64,000 nt of DNA from an uncultured archaeon. Its GTDB lineage: Archaea > Nanobdellota > Nanobdellia > Pacearchaeales > GW2011-AR1. This document shows positions 1 to 9,026 of the stretch, piece by piece. A program made the position numbers and the translations under genes. Position 1 is the first letter of the stretch, and each line of letters begins with the position of its first letter. Location: the NCBI GenBank assembly GCA_902385655.1, contig CABMGO010000006.1:10329-74328 (forward strand), given 5' to 3'. The notes below the pieces were generated by a model. It had not been told where the DNA came from. It saw only the letters and a program-made list of their open reading frames with translations, and ran no database searches.

Positions 1-426
1 TTTCTTTTCCTTAATGGTTCAATAAATATTGCATTGATGGGCCTTTCATTCGTAACTCTTTTTTTAATAAACAAGTCAAGAACGGGTTCAGCAGCAATAA
101 TTTCCCAAATAGGTCAAATAACTTTTCGAGAGCTATTAATTATTTTAGCACTGATCCTAGTTATTAGTATGATCTCATTTTACCTCACGTTAATAATCTC
201 CAAAAACATTGCAAATAAAATCGGAAACTGGAATTATAGAAAAATATCTATTTCAATTCTAATATTTCTTGTAGCTTTAACAGGGATTATTTCAGGAGTT
301 TTAGGACTTCTAGTTTTACTAACTGGAACTTGTCTAGGATTGTCTTGTCAATATTATGGATTGAGAAAAGGAATCTTAATGGGCTGTCTTTTAATTCCAA
401 CAATAATTATTTATTGGAAATTTTAA
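1..426 (+). CDS. polytopic membrane protein, C-terminal part (frame open to window edge)
   Basis: Track ORF 34..426; no in-frame stop back to nt 1; several hydrophobic helices; stop TAA 424-426 directly abuts stop of convergent gene. Confidence 0.45.
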   Translation, partial: FLFLNGSINIALMGLSFVTLFLINKSRTGSAAIISQIGQITFRELLIILALILVISMISFYLTLIISKNIANKIGNWNYRKISISILIFLVALTGIISGVLGLLVLLTGTCLGLSCQYYGLRKGILMGCLLIPTIIIYWKF

Positions 427-1260
427 TCACCATCTTTCAGAGCATCGAAATTTTGAGCCTCCAGAAGAATATTTCAAAGCACTACAGTCTAAATATTCTT
501 TACGATAGGTAAATACTCTTTTTCCCTTTCCAGCCCTACAAAAGCTTTCCTCAAGAGAACAACCAAAGTTTACAGGAACAGAATATTTAGCGGAAAAAGT
601 TTTTGCCTCGCCAATTAACTTATCAATCTCTTCCCTACTTAAAGCCAAGTCATCACGACAGTTTCCCTGCCTTACCAATCTTAAAAAATTAATTGAAGGA
701 TTACAAAAAGAATTTTGTTTACTTGCAACATATTGAAAAGTTTCTTCTAGATAATCCTTTGTCGGAGACATGCAAACAAAATTAAAGTTAAATGGAATTT
801 TATTTTCCAAAACCTCATTAACTGTCTCATCAAATTCTTCAAATGCTTGATCATTTCTAGTAACTTGAGCATGAACTTTAGAATTACCATATAAAGAAAA
901 ACCAATTCTGTCAACGAACTGTCGACCGCATAAAGAAAGAATAGATGGTATGTGCCTTTCTCGATAATAAACTCCAGAAGACAAAACCTCTGTTTGTTTC
1001 CCTCTTATTTTCGCCTCTCGTAAAAATTCTAAAATTAATGGATGCATAAATGGCTCTCCTCCGGAAAAACGAACCATTTCAAATTGAGAATTTTCATCCA
1101 AAACTTGCTTCACTTCTGGCAGAGTCAGTAAATAAATCTGTTCAGAACTACTCCGTTCATCATCAGCGCCTTGTAAATCCCATTCAAAAAGTGCACAACT
1201 AGAACAATGGACACATCTATTCCCGCAGTTGTTTGTAACTTCAATAGTTAGCTCGGCCAT
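427..1260 (-). CDS. radical SAM domain protein
   Basis: N-terminal CGNRCVHC (CxxxCxxC cluster motif), SGGEP motif, extra C-terminal cysteines; ATG at 1260. Confidence 0.8.
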   Translation of the reverse strand: MAELTIEVTNNCGNRCVHCSSCALFEWDLQGADDERSSSEQIYLLTLPEVKQVLDENSQFEMVRFSGGEPFMHPLILEFLREAKIRGKQTEVLSSGVYYRERHIPSILSLCGRQFVDRIGFSLYGNSKVHAQVTRNDQAFEEFDETVNEVLENKIPFNFNFVCMSPTKDYLEETFQYVASKQNSFCNPSINFLRLVRQGNCRDDLALSREEIDKLIGEAKTFSAKYSVPVNFGCSLEESFCRAGKGKRVFTYRKEYLDCSALKYSSGGSKFRCSERW

Positions 1261-1430
1261 TTTGCGAAACTTCTCAAAGTTAATTTATAATACAGAAGTT
1301 CGCAAGGTTGCATTTTTGAACGAAGTGAAAAGCAACCGCTATCAGATTTTTTTGACCAAACTGAAAGTTTGGAACCAAAGAAAAAACGTCCTTTATTTAA
1401 AGAGATATTTTTCAAGTTAGAGTATACCAT
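1248..1430 (-). CDS. small ORF (60 aa) running through repeat R1; coding status doubtful
   Basis: Starts 1 nt after DP2 stop (TAA-A-ATG), ends 13 nt inside radical SAM gene; similar sORFs in other repeat copies. Confidence 0.2.
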   Translation of the reverse strand: MVYSNLKNISLNKGRFFFGSKLSVWSKKSDSGCFSLRSKMQPCELLYYKLTLRSFAKWPS

Positions 1431-1431
1431 T
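1261..1431 (-). repeat. structured intergenic module, copy R1 (three hairpins; fills DP2-stop to radical-SAM-ATG gap)
   Basis: Hairpin 1 1262-1274/1294-1305, hairpin 2 1307-1336, hairpin 3 1356-1372 flanked by T7/A-rich arms; homologous copies at 34082, 36175, 54170, 62029. Confidence 0.7.
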
Positions 1432-4400
1432 TTAAAAATACTCTTTTAAATTTACTTGCTTATCAGATTCCTTTCCAAAAATGCTTTCAATATAAATCTT
1501 AACGAGATTAATCGCTTGCCTAGTATACTCAGGAATATCATAATTTGTCGCTAGTTCGATTGCATGTTCTAAATATTTCTTAATACTCCCTTCAGAAATT
1601 GTAAATAAAATTTTTCCACCACATTTATGACAAACACCCGTAAGAGGAGGCCTTCTAAACTTCTCATTACAGTTTACACATCTAAACTCTTGGTGTGAGA
1701 ACTTTCTCAGATTACCTCTAATATCCCTAATAAAATGCCTCTCAATAATTAACCTCGCAACATCTGAAGCATCGACCGCTCTCAACTTATTAACCAAATC
1801 CATTTGACAACCAACTTTTTCTTTCATAGTCGGCAAAATCTTATAAGAAGTATTGAAAACACCAGTATTAAAGTTTGTAGTGTCATGAGTAAAACCAATA
1901 TTAGTAAATGGATCTTTTCCTTCCTTTAGCAAAGTCTTAACAGTTACAATTTTAACTTCAGAAGAATGCTTTTTTTGCTCAGCAGCTTCATACATTTCAA
2001 TAGGATAAACGGTACAAGTTTCAAAATCTAAAATCTGATCATCTACTTCCCCTGCTCTAATATGTGCATTCAAAACAAGAGGCGCGTCCTGCGTTCCTCC
2101 CCGGTGGCTTGGTAAAAATTTTCTAGAAAAATTAATTAATACATCTAGTTGCATCATAACTGCAGCCTCATCACCGTCGCAATCTCTTCTCATTGCTGCA
2201 TGCATAAAAGGACTCGCCATTAATCCTTGTAATTTTGAAAAACCAATTATTCTCCCAGCTACTCCTGCGCAATTGTGCGGTGCCATGCAAACAACATAAT
2301 GTCCAATAAGATCCTCCCTAGATTTTAAGTTGTAATATCTTGGTAAGCCATATATTTTTTCAAGCTCATCATCAATGAATTTAGAGATATTAAAAAAAAC
2401 ATCGTCCGCTCTTTCATCAGGAGTTTCAGGACAACACGGAAGAACAACATCATGAGGCATAAGCAACAAAATCTGATCACTCTTGGTTAGATCATTTCCA
2501 TAAATATCTTTGTCATAACCTAACTTTATAAGTTTCTCAATAGGCGCATTAATCTCCTCAGGTTTAAAGTGAGTAATAGGAATTTCCGTCGCGTCATATC
2601 TGATCGTCCCATCCTTATTTACACACAAGTTATGTTTAGCTCTCAAGATTCCTTTAGACATAATTTCAAAGTCATGATCCAAAGAGCTGGTGCCCTTGAT
2701 TCCCTTTATTAAAACAGGAATTTCATCAGAAGTTAATTTCAATTCTTTTACAGAAGAGGAAAAAATTTCTGTAACCCCTACATTTCGATTGGAATAAGTT
2801 TTACACTCGCCATGTAATTGACATTCTTGATGCTCTTTTATCTGATCACACTGCACACAATAAAATCTTTTTTTAGTTTCTGTTCCGCAACTCTCACAAT
2901 ATTTCAAAATAGTTTCTTTCTTACAACTTTCACAAAAATAAATAGGAAATTCTGCTTTTACCGAGCCATGCTCAACGGCCTCATTCAAGCTTCTGAATCT
3001 CCCTCCTTGTTCTCCAACAGGAAATAAAACATTTGGACTTCCAGTCAGTTTTCGAAGTTTTGCCTTCTCTGGTCTCCCCATTCTAGCACCAATAAATTCT
3101 CCTGCTTTATCTTTAACAATAAATTTACAAAGAGAATTAATTATTTCCAAAACGTTCTCCTTGTCTTTTTTCTCATCAATAATTTTCTTTATATCTTCTT
3201 TGAAGTTAGATTCAGGACTCAAACCTAAATTAAATAAGAAGGGCTCTCCATCTTTAACCACAACATTATCAAAAACAACATCGTGCTCGACCCCCAGAAG
3301 TTCCAAAGCGCGTTTAGCTTCCTGAAATTTATCTCGAACAATTGCAGAATACGGTAAAACAAGACTACCCGTCCATTGTGCATTTTGAAGCCAGTCTAGT
3401 AACCAAAAAAAGTCTTCCTTCTTTATCTGAGTCCAGTAAAAGATAAAACTAGGATGAAGAGGTACAGAATATTTCTCAGAAAGTTCTTTTGCCTGTGCTA
3501 GAGATAAGTTGTATTCATCAACAAAGATGTTATCTCCACTTATAGTTAGCTTCTTATCTAAGTCTAGCTTCCACCACTCCTCAACATATCCAGGTTTAAC
3601 TAACTCAGCATTTCTATTCATCAAATCTCCGAGAGGAAATAGTAAGTCTCCAATATAGACAATTTCAGCAACTTCTTTAGTATACTTTCTTGCTTCTTCT
3701 TCGGTCCTAATCTTTTTCAAACTACCATTTTTTAATTTAACAATAGGTCCATCGACTTTATCACAAGAAGTAAGCACGCAACCTTTTGTCGGCCTCTCAA
3801 TTTTCAGCTGATTTCCATTTGACAGAAAGTTATTGGAAATAAGCATAGTAGCAGGATGGATAGAAGTAGCCGAAAATCCAGCAACCCTCGATCTTCCATA
3901 TCTAAATCTAAAACTACCAGAGCGAGAAGGATGCCCAAATACAGGTCTGCCCGCAACTAAATCCTTAATATAAGTAGCAACTACATCTTTAGTTCCCTTT
4001 TCTCTTTTTTTATGAAGATCTATATATCCATCTAAATAACCCCAGTCAGAAAGAATTAGTCCTTTTGATTTTGCAGATTTAACCATTCTTGCAATTTTTG
4101 CAGCCTTCTGTGCCAAGCCTTCTGCAAAAACCAAACACATTCCGCCTCTGATGAAATTTGTTTCAATTCTTGGTAAGTCTTTGTAATTAGAAACCTCTTT
4201 ATCTTCGGAAGGATCACCCGTGATTTCCACAGGAATATTTTTCGCAAGAAAAATCATCTCCTCTTCTGTAGGAAAGTACTGTAAATTATTGATTCTTTCA
4301 TGATAATCTGTAACTTCTGTAACGTACCTCTTAACTTCTTGTTCAGTAGGATCATACTTTGCAAATCCAAACATCTCTCTCAAGTAGTCTGCGATTACTA

Positions 4401-4893
4401 AAGAAAAAGCCGCACCAGTTCCTCCCGCACTTCTAACCGGTCCAGAATAATTCAAAGCAAAATATTCTTTTCCCTCTTTTGTTTTCGCAAGCCTAACACT
4501 AGTAAATCCTTCGATTGGAGAAGAAACAACCCCTAGAGTCATATAAGCAAAACCAACCCTTATACCTGCATCAATCGCTTGAATTAAAGATTCAAATTTA
4601 CAAAATTTTTCCTTAGCAATCTCCTCGGCCATCTTTAAAGGGACTGCAGGATCTAACTGTCCAAATTCTTTTTCCAAATCAAGAAGCCTTTGGGTAATAT
4701 GCTTTCCATTTTCATCACCCATTTGAGGATAAATAGTAGAAATTAACCCGACACATTTTTCAGCCAGAGACATTGCAAGAGGAATCTCTACTTTATTAAC
4801 AGGATCTTTTCCTTGAGCCTTTGCTTTTTCTGCAATAGAATATTCTCTCTTTACATTTTCAAATAAATCTTCGAAATAATGTGCTGTGTTCAT
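1432..4893 (-). CDS. DNA polymerase II (PolD) large subunit DP2
   Basis: About 1150 aa from ATG 4893 (MNTAHYFEDLF); several CxxC zinc clusters; RRDCDGDE catalytic-type motif; ATG overlaps DP1 stop as ATGA. Track start 4926 is an upstream extension. Confidence 0.9.
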   Translation of the reverse strand: MNTAHYFEDLFENVKREYSIAEKAKAQGKDPVNKVEIPLAMSLAEKCVGLISTIYPQMGDENGKHITQRLLDLEKEFGQLDPAVPLKMAEEIAKEKFCKFESLIQAIDAGIRVGFAYMTLGVVSSPIEGFTSVRLAKTKEGKEYFALNYSGPVRSAGGTGAAFSLVIADYLREMFGFAKYDPTEQEVKRYVTEVTDYHERINNLQYFPTEEEMIFLAKNIPVEITGDPSEDKEVSNYKDLPRIETNFIRGGMCLVFAEGLAQKAAKIARMVKSAKSKGLILSDWGYLDGYIDLHKKREKGTKDVVATYIKDLVAGRPVFGHPSRSGSFRFRYGRSRVAGFSATSIHPATMLISNNFLSNGNQLKIERPTKGCVLTSCDKVDGPIVKLKNGSLKKIRTEEEARKYTKEVAEIVYIGDLLFPLGDLMNRNAELVKPGYVEEWWKLDLDKKLTISGDNIFVDEYNLSLAQAKELSEKYSVPLHPSFIFYWTQIKKEDFFWLLDWLQNAQWTGSLVLPYSAIVRDKFQEAKRALELLGVEHDVVFDNVVVKDGEPFLFNLGLSPESNFKEDIKKIIDEKKDKENVLEIINSLCKFIVKDKAGEFIGARMGRPEKAKLRKLTGSPNVLFPVGEQGGRFRSLNEAVEHGSVKAEFPIYFCESCKKETILKYCESCGTETKKRFYCVQCDQIKEHQECQLHGECKTYSNRNVGVTEIFSSSVKELKLTSDEIPVLIKGIKGTSSLDHDFEIMSKGILRAKHNLCVNKDGTIRYDATEIPITHFKPEEINAPIEKLIKLGYDKDIYGNDLTKSDQILLLMPHDVVLPCCPETPDERADDVFFNISKFIDDELEKIYGLPRYYNLKSREDLIGHYVVCMAPHNCAGVAGRIIGFSKLQGLMASPFMHAAMRRDCDGDEAAVMMQLDVLINFSRKFLPSHRGGTQDAPLVLNAHIRAGEVDDQILDFETCTVYPIEMYEAAEQKKHSSEVKIVTVKTLLKEGKDPFTNIGFTHDTTNFNTGVFNTSYKILPTMKEKVGCQMDLVNKLRAVDASDVARLIIERHFIRDIRGNLRKFSHQEFRCVNCNEKFRRPPLTGVCHKCGGKILFTISEGSIKKYLEHAIELATNYDIPEYTRQAINLVKIYIESIFGKESDKQVNLKEYF

Positions 4894-6524
4894 TTTTTCC
4901 CATCTCCTTGCAGACTGACTTCGCAAACAACTTTTCCATCCGTTTCAACACATTCTTTATCTTGTTTTTCTTCATTGATAAAATCTAAAATTTTTATTTC
5001 CCGACTCTTTAAATTAAATAATGGAACTTTTCCAGGATCAGGAACATTACCTACTTTTTCTTCAAAAGGAGTTATAGATTGCCAACAAGAGCCCGCAATA
5101 AGTAGGATGTTATTATATGTAGAAATTTCCTGCCTATGTAAATCTCCTGTTGCAACAATGTCCGGAACGTGCTCGATAACTAAAGGATCTCGTTTATTAT
5201 TAGGAACATAATCACAGCTACCATGAATCGGAGAGAGATGTCTCCTCTTCAAAAGCTCCTTTACAACTCTAGTAGGAGAACGATGACCATAATTAAGCCT
5301 GATATCTGGCATTTCTTCAATAATCCCATGCATGCTCGCACCATGATACATTAAGACTTTAAATCCACCTTCAATTTCAACCAAACAAGGATTAGTAACT
5401 AAATTCACATTTTCCATTTTTGCAAGATCCTGCGCCCACTCTTCACCAACTGCAGGTTGTGGCTCGCCAACCCAAACCGCATCATGCTGACCTGGAGAGA
5501 TAATTATCCTAATATCTTTCCGAACTAATTTTAAAAACTCTGCAAGTTTTTTATATTGAGCAGTAACTTCAGGTATTTTTAGAAGTTTGTCCTGATCCGG
5601 AAAAACCCCAACACCATCTACATTATCTCCTACTAAAAATAAATATTTAACTTTTTTAGCAATTTGTCTTTGAGATTCTTCGCCTTCTTCACCGTTTAAC
5701 CATTTAATGAATTTCAAAAAACTCTCTTCTAAAAACATTTTACTCCCAACGTGAACATCAGAAGTAAATGCAACCCAAGTATCTTCTTCTCCTTTCCGTT
5801 TCTCACTTAAAAGAGAATCTGGGAAAACAACATCATTTGCAAAAAGCATTTCCTTAGAACCTGAAACATTAAACGCCACCACTTCATCAGGTAGAATATC
5901 CTTACATTTTTCATAAAGTTCTTTTTTTCCCTCATTAATCAAAATTCTCGTTCTCCCAGTGAGATCTTCTACATCAAAAACAAGATTCTTATTTTTAGTC
6001 TGTCTCTTTCCAATAATTTCTACAATTAAATAAGAACTTTCCCGCTCATTAGATAAACGTCGAATAGACTTTAAGTTATCCAAGCTTCTTTCTTGGAGTA
6101 TATTTCGAATTTGTTCATATCTATTTCTAAAATGGTCTACAAAATCTTTAACTTCGACTTTTTTAGGAAAAACAAGATCAGAATTAATAATCTTAAAAGA
6201 TCTTAATTCGTTGTCCGAAGAAGAAATAGATTTAACAAAATTAGGATTAACCAGGCGATTATTTTGTGAATAACCCAAACTTAAGAAAAACTTCTCAAAA
6301 GAAATTTCAGTTTCAGAATTTAAAACAACTTTATTAATATTTTCAATATTATTTAAAAAAATTGACTTAGTAATTACTCTGTCTTTTATCTTTAAATTTG
6401 CAAGAACTTCAATAATCTGAAGAGCGTATTTTTCTTCAAGTAAAGAAAGAGAATTAAGAATTTCTTTATCTAAAAGAAACCCCTTCTGCATACATAGTTT
6501 TAATATTTGTTTTTTCAATTCCAT
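4890..6524 (-). CDS. DNA polymerase II (PolD) small subunit DP1
   Basis: Phosphoesterase motifs DVHVGS, GDNVDG, GQHD, GDLH; ATG 6524 (MELKKQ) preceded by AGGAGAT; track start 6554 is a TTG extension. Confidence 0.9.
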   Translation of the reverse strand: MELKKQILKLCMQKGFLLDKEILNSLSLLEEKYALQIIEVLANLKIKDRVITKSIFLNNIENINKVVLNSETEISFEKFFLSLGYSQNNRLVNPNFVKSISSSDNELRSFKIINSDLVFPKKVEVKDFVDHFRNRYEQIRNILQERSLDNLKSIRRLSNERESSYLIVEIIGKRQTKNKNLVFDVEDLTGRTRILINEGKKELYEKCKDILPDEVVAFNVSGSKEMLFANDVVFPDSLLSEKRKGEEDTWVAFTSDVHVGSKMFLEESFLKFIKWLNGEEGEESQRQIAKKVKYLFLVGDNVDGVGVFPDQDKLLKIPEVTAQYKKLAEFLKLVRKDIRIIISPGQHDAVWVGEPQPAVGEEWAQDLAKMENVNLVTNPCLVEIEGGFKVLMYHGASMHGIIEEMPDIRLNYGHRSPTRVVKELLKRRHLSPIHGSCDYVPNNKRDPLVIEHVPDIVATGDLHRQEISTYNNILLIAGSCWQSITPFEEKVGNVPDPGKVPLFNLKSREIKILDFINEEKQDKECVETDGKVVCEVSLQGDGKK

Positions 6525-6576
6525 TTTATCTCCTAGACTCTTGCTGGTCGGCAAGGTAATTGTCCAATCGAAGGAA

Positions 6577-7791
6577 TTATATTCCTAATGACTCAATTAA
6601 TATTGCATCTACTTTTTCAAGTAAATTAGAAGGGATAGAAAGTTTAACTTCTCTAGTCCTTCCGTGCCTCCCTTTTGAAATCACTTTTGCATTGATTAGT
6701 CCAAACATGTCTATCTCACCAATAATATCCGATACTCTCCTCTGTGTAAGAACTTCCATTTTTATTTCCTTACATACGTCATTATATAGATTAAAAATAT
6801 CACCTGTAAAAAGACTATTATCGACATCTTTATTTTCTTTATTTAATTTAAGAATAGAATATAATACTGCCTGAAATTGTTTTGTGCTCGTTTCCACAAT
6901 GTCTAAGATCTTATCTTTCTCTATCTTTTGATTAGCCTGGTCAATATAATCTTCGTTAATTCTTTCTTTCCCATCTCTTTCGGCTAACTCTCCAGCAATT
7001 CTCAATAAATCTAAAGCTCTTCTAGCATCTCCATGTTCTCTCGCAGCAAAAGCAGCACATTTAGAAATTACTGCCTCATCAACCACACTTTCTTTGAAAG
7101 CGATTTTACTTCGTTCATCTAAAATATCCTTAAGTTGCATGGCATTGTAAGGTGAAAAGATGATTTCCTCTTCCCCTAGAGAACTTTTAACACGAGGATC
7201 AATATTTTCTAGAAAAGTAACATCATTTGAAATCCCAATTATAGAAGTCTGCGCCTTACTTAATTCCGAATTTATTCTAGTTAAATTATATAAAAAGTCG
7301 TCGTCGTCAATTTTTTTAACAACCTGATCAATTTCATCAAAAATAACAACTATAGTTTGTTTTGTTTTATCAACTAGCTCTATAAATTTCTGATAAACAG
7401 CAGGAGTAGGCAAACCAGTATCTGCAACCTTATCTCCTAATTTATCAATTAATGCGGCCAATATTCTATACTCTGTGTCTGCGACTTTTTTTAATTTACA
7501 ATTAATATAAATAACCTGAACGTTGACTCCTGCTTCTTTAGTCCTTTTTAAAATTTCATCGCAAACATATTGCACAGAAAGTGTCTTTCCAGTCCCAGTT
7601 TTTCCATAAACAAATAAATTGCTAACTCGTTCACCTCTTAACAAAGGAGCAAGGATAGAAGCAACTTGTTCTATTTGTTTATCTCTATGAGGAATTGTCT
7701 CAGGCTTATAACTAGTTTGAAGAATACTTTTATCTTTAAACAAGGAATTTTTCATAGCTGAGTCAAAAATATGACCTATTTGTACACCCAT
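6577..7791 (-). CDS. cdc6: Orc1/Cdc6 replication initiator
   Basis: Walker A GKTGTGKT, Walker B VVIFDEID, C-terminal winged-helix region; adjacent to AT-rich gene-free region. Confidence 0.9.
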   Translation of the reverse strand: MGVQIGHIFDSAMKNSLFKDKSILQTSYKPETIPHRDKQIEQVASILAPLLRGERVSNLFVYGKTGTGKTLSVQYVCDEILKRTKEAGVNVQVIYINCKLKKVADTEYRILAALIDKLGDKVADTGLPTPAVYQKFIELVDKTKQTIVVIFDEIDQVVKKIDDDDFLYNLTRINSELSKAQTSIIGISNDVTFLENIDPRVKSSLGEEEIIFSPYNAMQLKDILDERSKIAFKESVVDEAVISKCAAFAAREHGDARRALDLLRIAGELAERDGKERINEDYIDQANQKIEKDKILDIVETSTKQFQAVLYSILKLNKENKDVDNSLFTGDIFNLYNDVCKEIKMEVLTQRRVSDIIGEIDMFGLINAKVISKGRHGRTREVKLSIPSNLLEKVDAILIESLGI

Positions 7792-7965
7792 AACGCCTCT
7801 TTTAATTATAAATTACATTTCAAGAAATCTACTATTTAAATATTAGTATAAATGAAAATATAGTTGTATCACCTTTATTTCTTATGGAAAATTAATTTTT
7901 AATAATTTTACATTTTTTTCTTAATTAATCTTATTTCCGTCAATAGTTTTGTAGACCAAAGAAAA

Positions 7966-8160
7966 CACCCTCACCCCTACGTTTCATTTCCAAAGGAAAT
8001 TTGTTTAATCATTTTTTTTCATATTATTTATATTATATAATATATACTATATATTATATATATTATATTATAGAAAAGCTTTTAAATAAAATAAAGACCT
8101 TTAAAATTTTTATTTTTATTTATAAATCTTTCTCCAAAAGCAATCAAGGGGTGAGAGTCC
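7966..8160. other. predicted replication origin (oriC): inverted ORB-like boxes flanking an AT-only unwinding element
   Basis: 7966-8000 (minus sense ATTTCCTTTGGAAATGAAACGTAGGGGTGAGGGTG) and 8131-8160 (TCTCCAAAAGCAATCAAGGGGTGAGAGTCC) share AGGGGTGAG and face each other across 8011-8130, almost pure A/T. Confidence 0.6.
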
Positions 8161-8249
8161 TAACTATTTTTTACTAAAAAACAACATCTATCTCGAAATA
8201 TATAAAAAAACATACAAACATTTATAAACAAAATTTCTATCGTTCTCTC

Positions 8250-8504
8250 ATGGATAAAAGACCTTTCAGAAGTTTATTAGGAAAACAGGTGGTAACAAAA
8301 GAAGGTAAGAGACTTGGCATCGCTAAAGATCTTACATTCGAAACAAAAACAGGAGAATTAATTCATCTTGTTTTGAAAGATCTCACACCTTACACTTCCA
8401 ATCTATCTTTGGAAAGAACAAAAGATAAAGAAGCATTAATCCCATTCAATTCTGTTATTGCAATTGGAGACTTTATCGTTGTTTCTGAAGAAGACTTGGC
8501 TTAA
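8250..8504 (+). CDS. PRC-barrel domain protein
   Basis: 84 aa; LLGKQVVTKEGKRLGIAKDL...IPFNSVIAIGDFIVV pattern typical of archaeal PRC-barrel proteins. Confidence 0.6.
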   Translation: MDKRPFRSLLGKQVVTKEGKRLGIAKDLTFETKTGELIHLVLKDLTPYTSNLSLERTKDKEALIPFNSVIAIGDFIVVSEEDLA

Positions 8505-8520
8505 ATAAACATTCATTAAT

Positions 8521-8931
8521 ATGGTAAAAGAAATTAAACTAGGTTCATTTAGATTTCTAAAACAATCTGCTGAACGAAATGAAGACTTTAACGGTTCAGT
8601 AACTATTAACCCGAATATTAATATTAAATCTATTGAAAAATTTAAAATTGAAGACTCCAAGCAAGAATCTCTCAAGATAGAATTTAATTTTGATGTTGAT
8701 TATGCTCAAATGGGTAAGATTTCATTAGAAGGAAGGATGTTTTTATTTACTGATCCAAAAACTATGAAAGAAACAATAGAGGGTTGGAAAAATAAGAAGA
8801 TAGACAGCGAGGTTAATGTACTTATCTTAAATTTAATTATGCAAAAGTCATCAGTTAAAGCATTACAACTCGAAGAAGAAATTGGACTTCCATTCCATGT
8901 CCAGTTGCCTAAAGTACAATTTGGGAAATAA
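8521..8931 (+). CDS. hypothetical protein
   Basis: 136 aa ORF, 16 nt after preceding gene; no motif recognised. Confidence 0.5.
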   Translation: MVKEIKLGSFRFLKQSAERNEDFNGSVTINPNINIKSIEKFKIEDSKQESLKIEFNFDVDYAQMGKISLEGRMFLFTDPKTMKETIEGWKNKKIDSEVNVLILNLIMQKSSVKALQLEEEIGLPFHVQLPKVQFGK

Positions 8932-8979
8932 TTTTTCTTTACTCTAATTTATAAATTAATATCTTATAAGTTTCTTATT

Positions 8980-9007
8980 GCCCACATGGCACAATGATAC
9001 TGTCGAA
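8980..9007 (+). pseudogene. tRNA-Ser 5' fragment (partial duplicate)
   Basis: GCCCACATGGCACAATGATACTG matches tRNA-Ser nt 1-23 at 21/23 positions, 47 nt upstream of the intact gene. Confidence 0.5.
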
Positions 9008-9026
9008 TAAATTGGTTTGATAGTAT

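Noticed and set aside
1188-1200. AAAGTGCACAACT inside the radical SAM gene, identical to the island motif at 16965-16977
   Set aside because: It is a single isolated copy in an unrelated coding region (encodes SCAL). It is taken as chance and used as a caveat for the island motif finding.
1432-4926. Intein or frameshift in PolD DP2, and the 11-codon N-terminal extension in the ORF track
   Set aside because: The length is normal for an intein-free DP2 and the frame is continuous. The extension overlaps DP1, while the internal ATG at 4893 forms an ATGA overlap with the DP1 stop, so the shorter start is preferred.
6540-6555. Hairpin CTTGC-TGGTCG-GCAAG between cdc6 and DP1
   Set aside because: It resembles the CTTGCGAA-type box of the repeat family, but the stem is only 5 bp with no other family elements. 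It is probably an ordinary intercistronic hairpin.
2818-6874. Several 60-110-aa track ORFs antisense to or overlapping PolD and cdc6 genes (2818-3027, 4056-4247, 4879-5211, 6560-6874), and similar ones inside other long genes
   Set aside because: They are embedded in well-supported long genes, have biased Phe/Leu/Ser-rich composition typical of antisense frames in AT-rich DNA, and lack start contexts.
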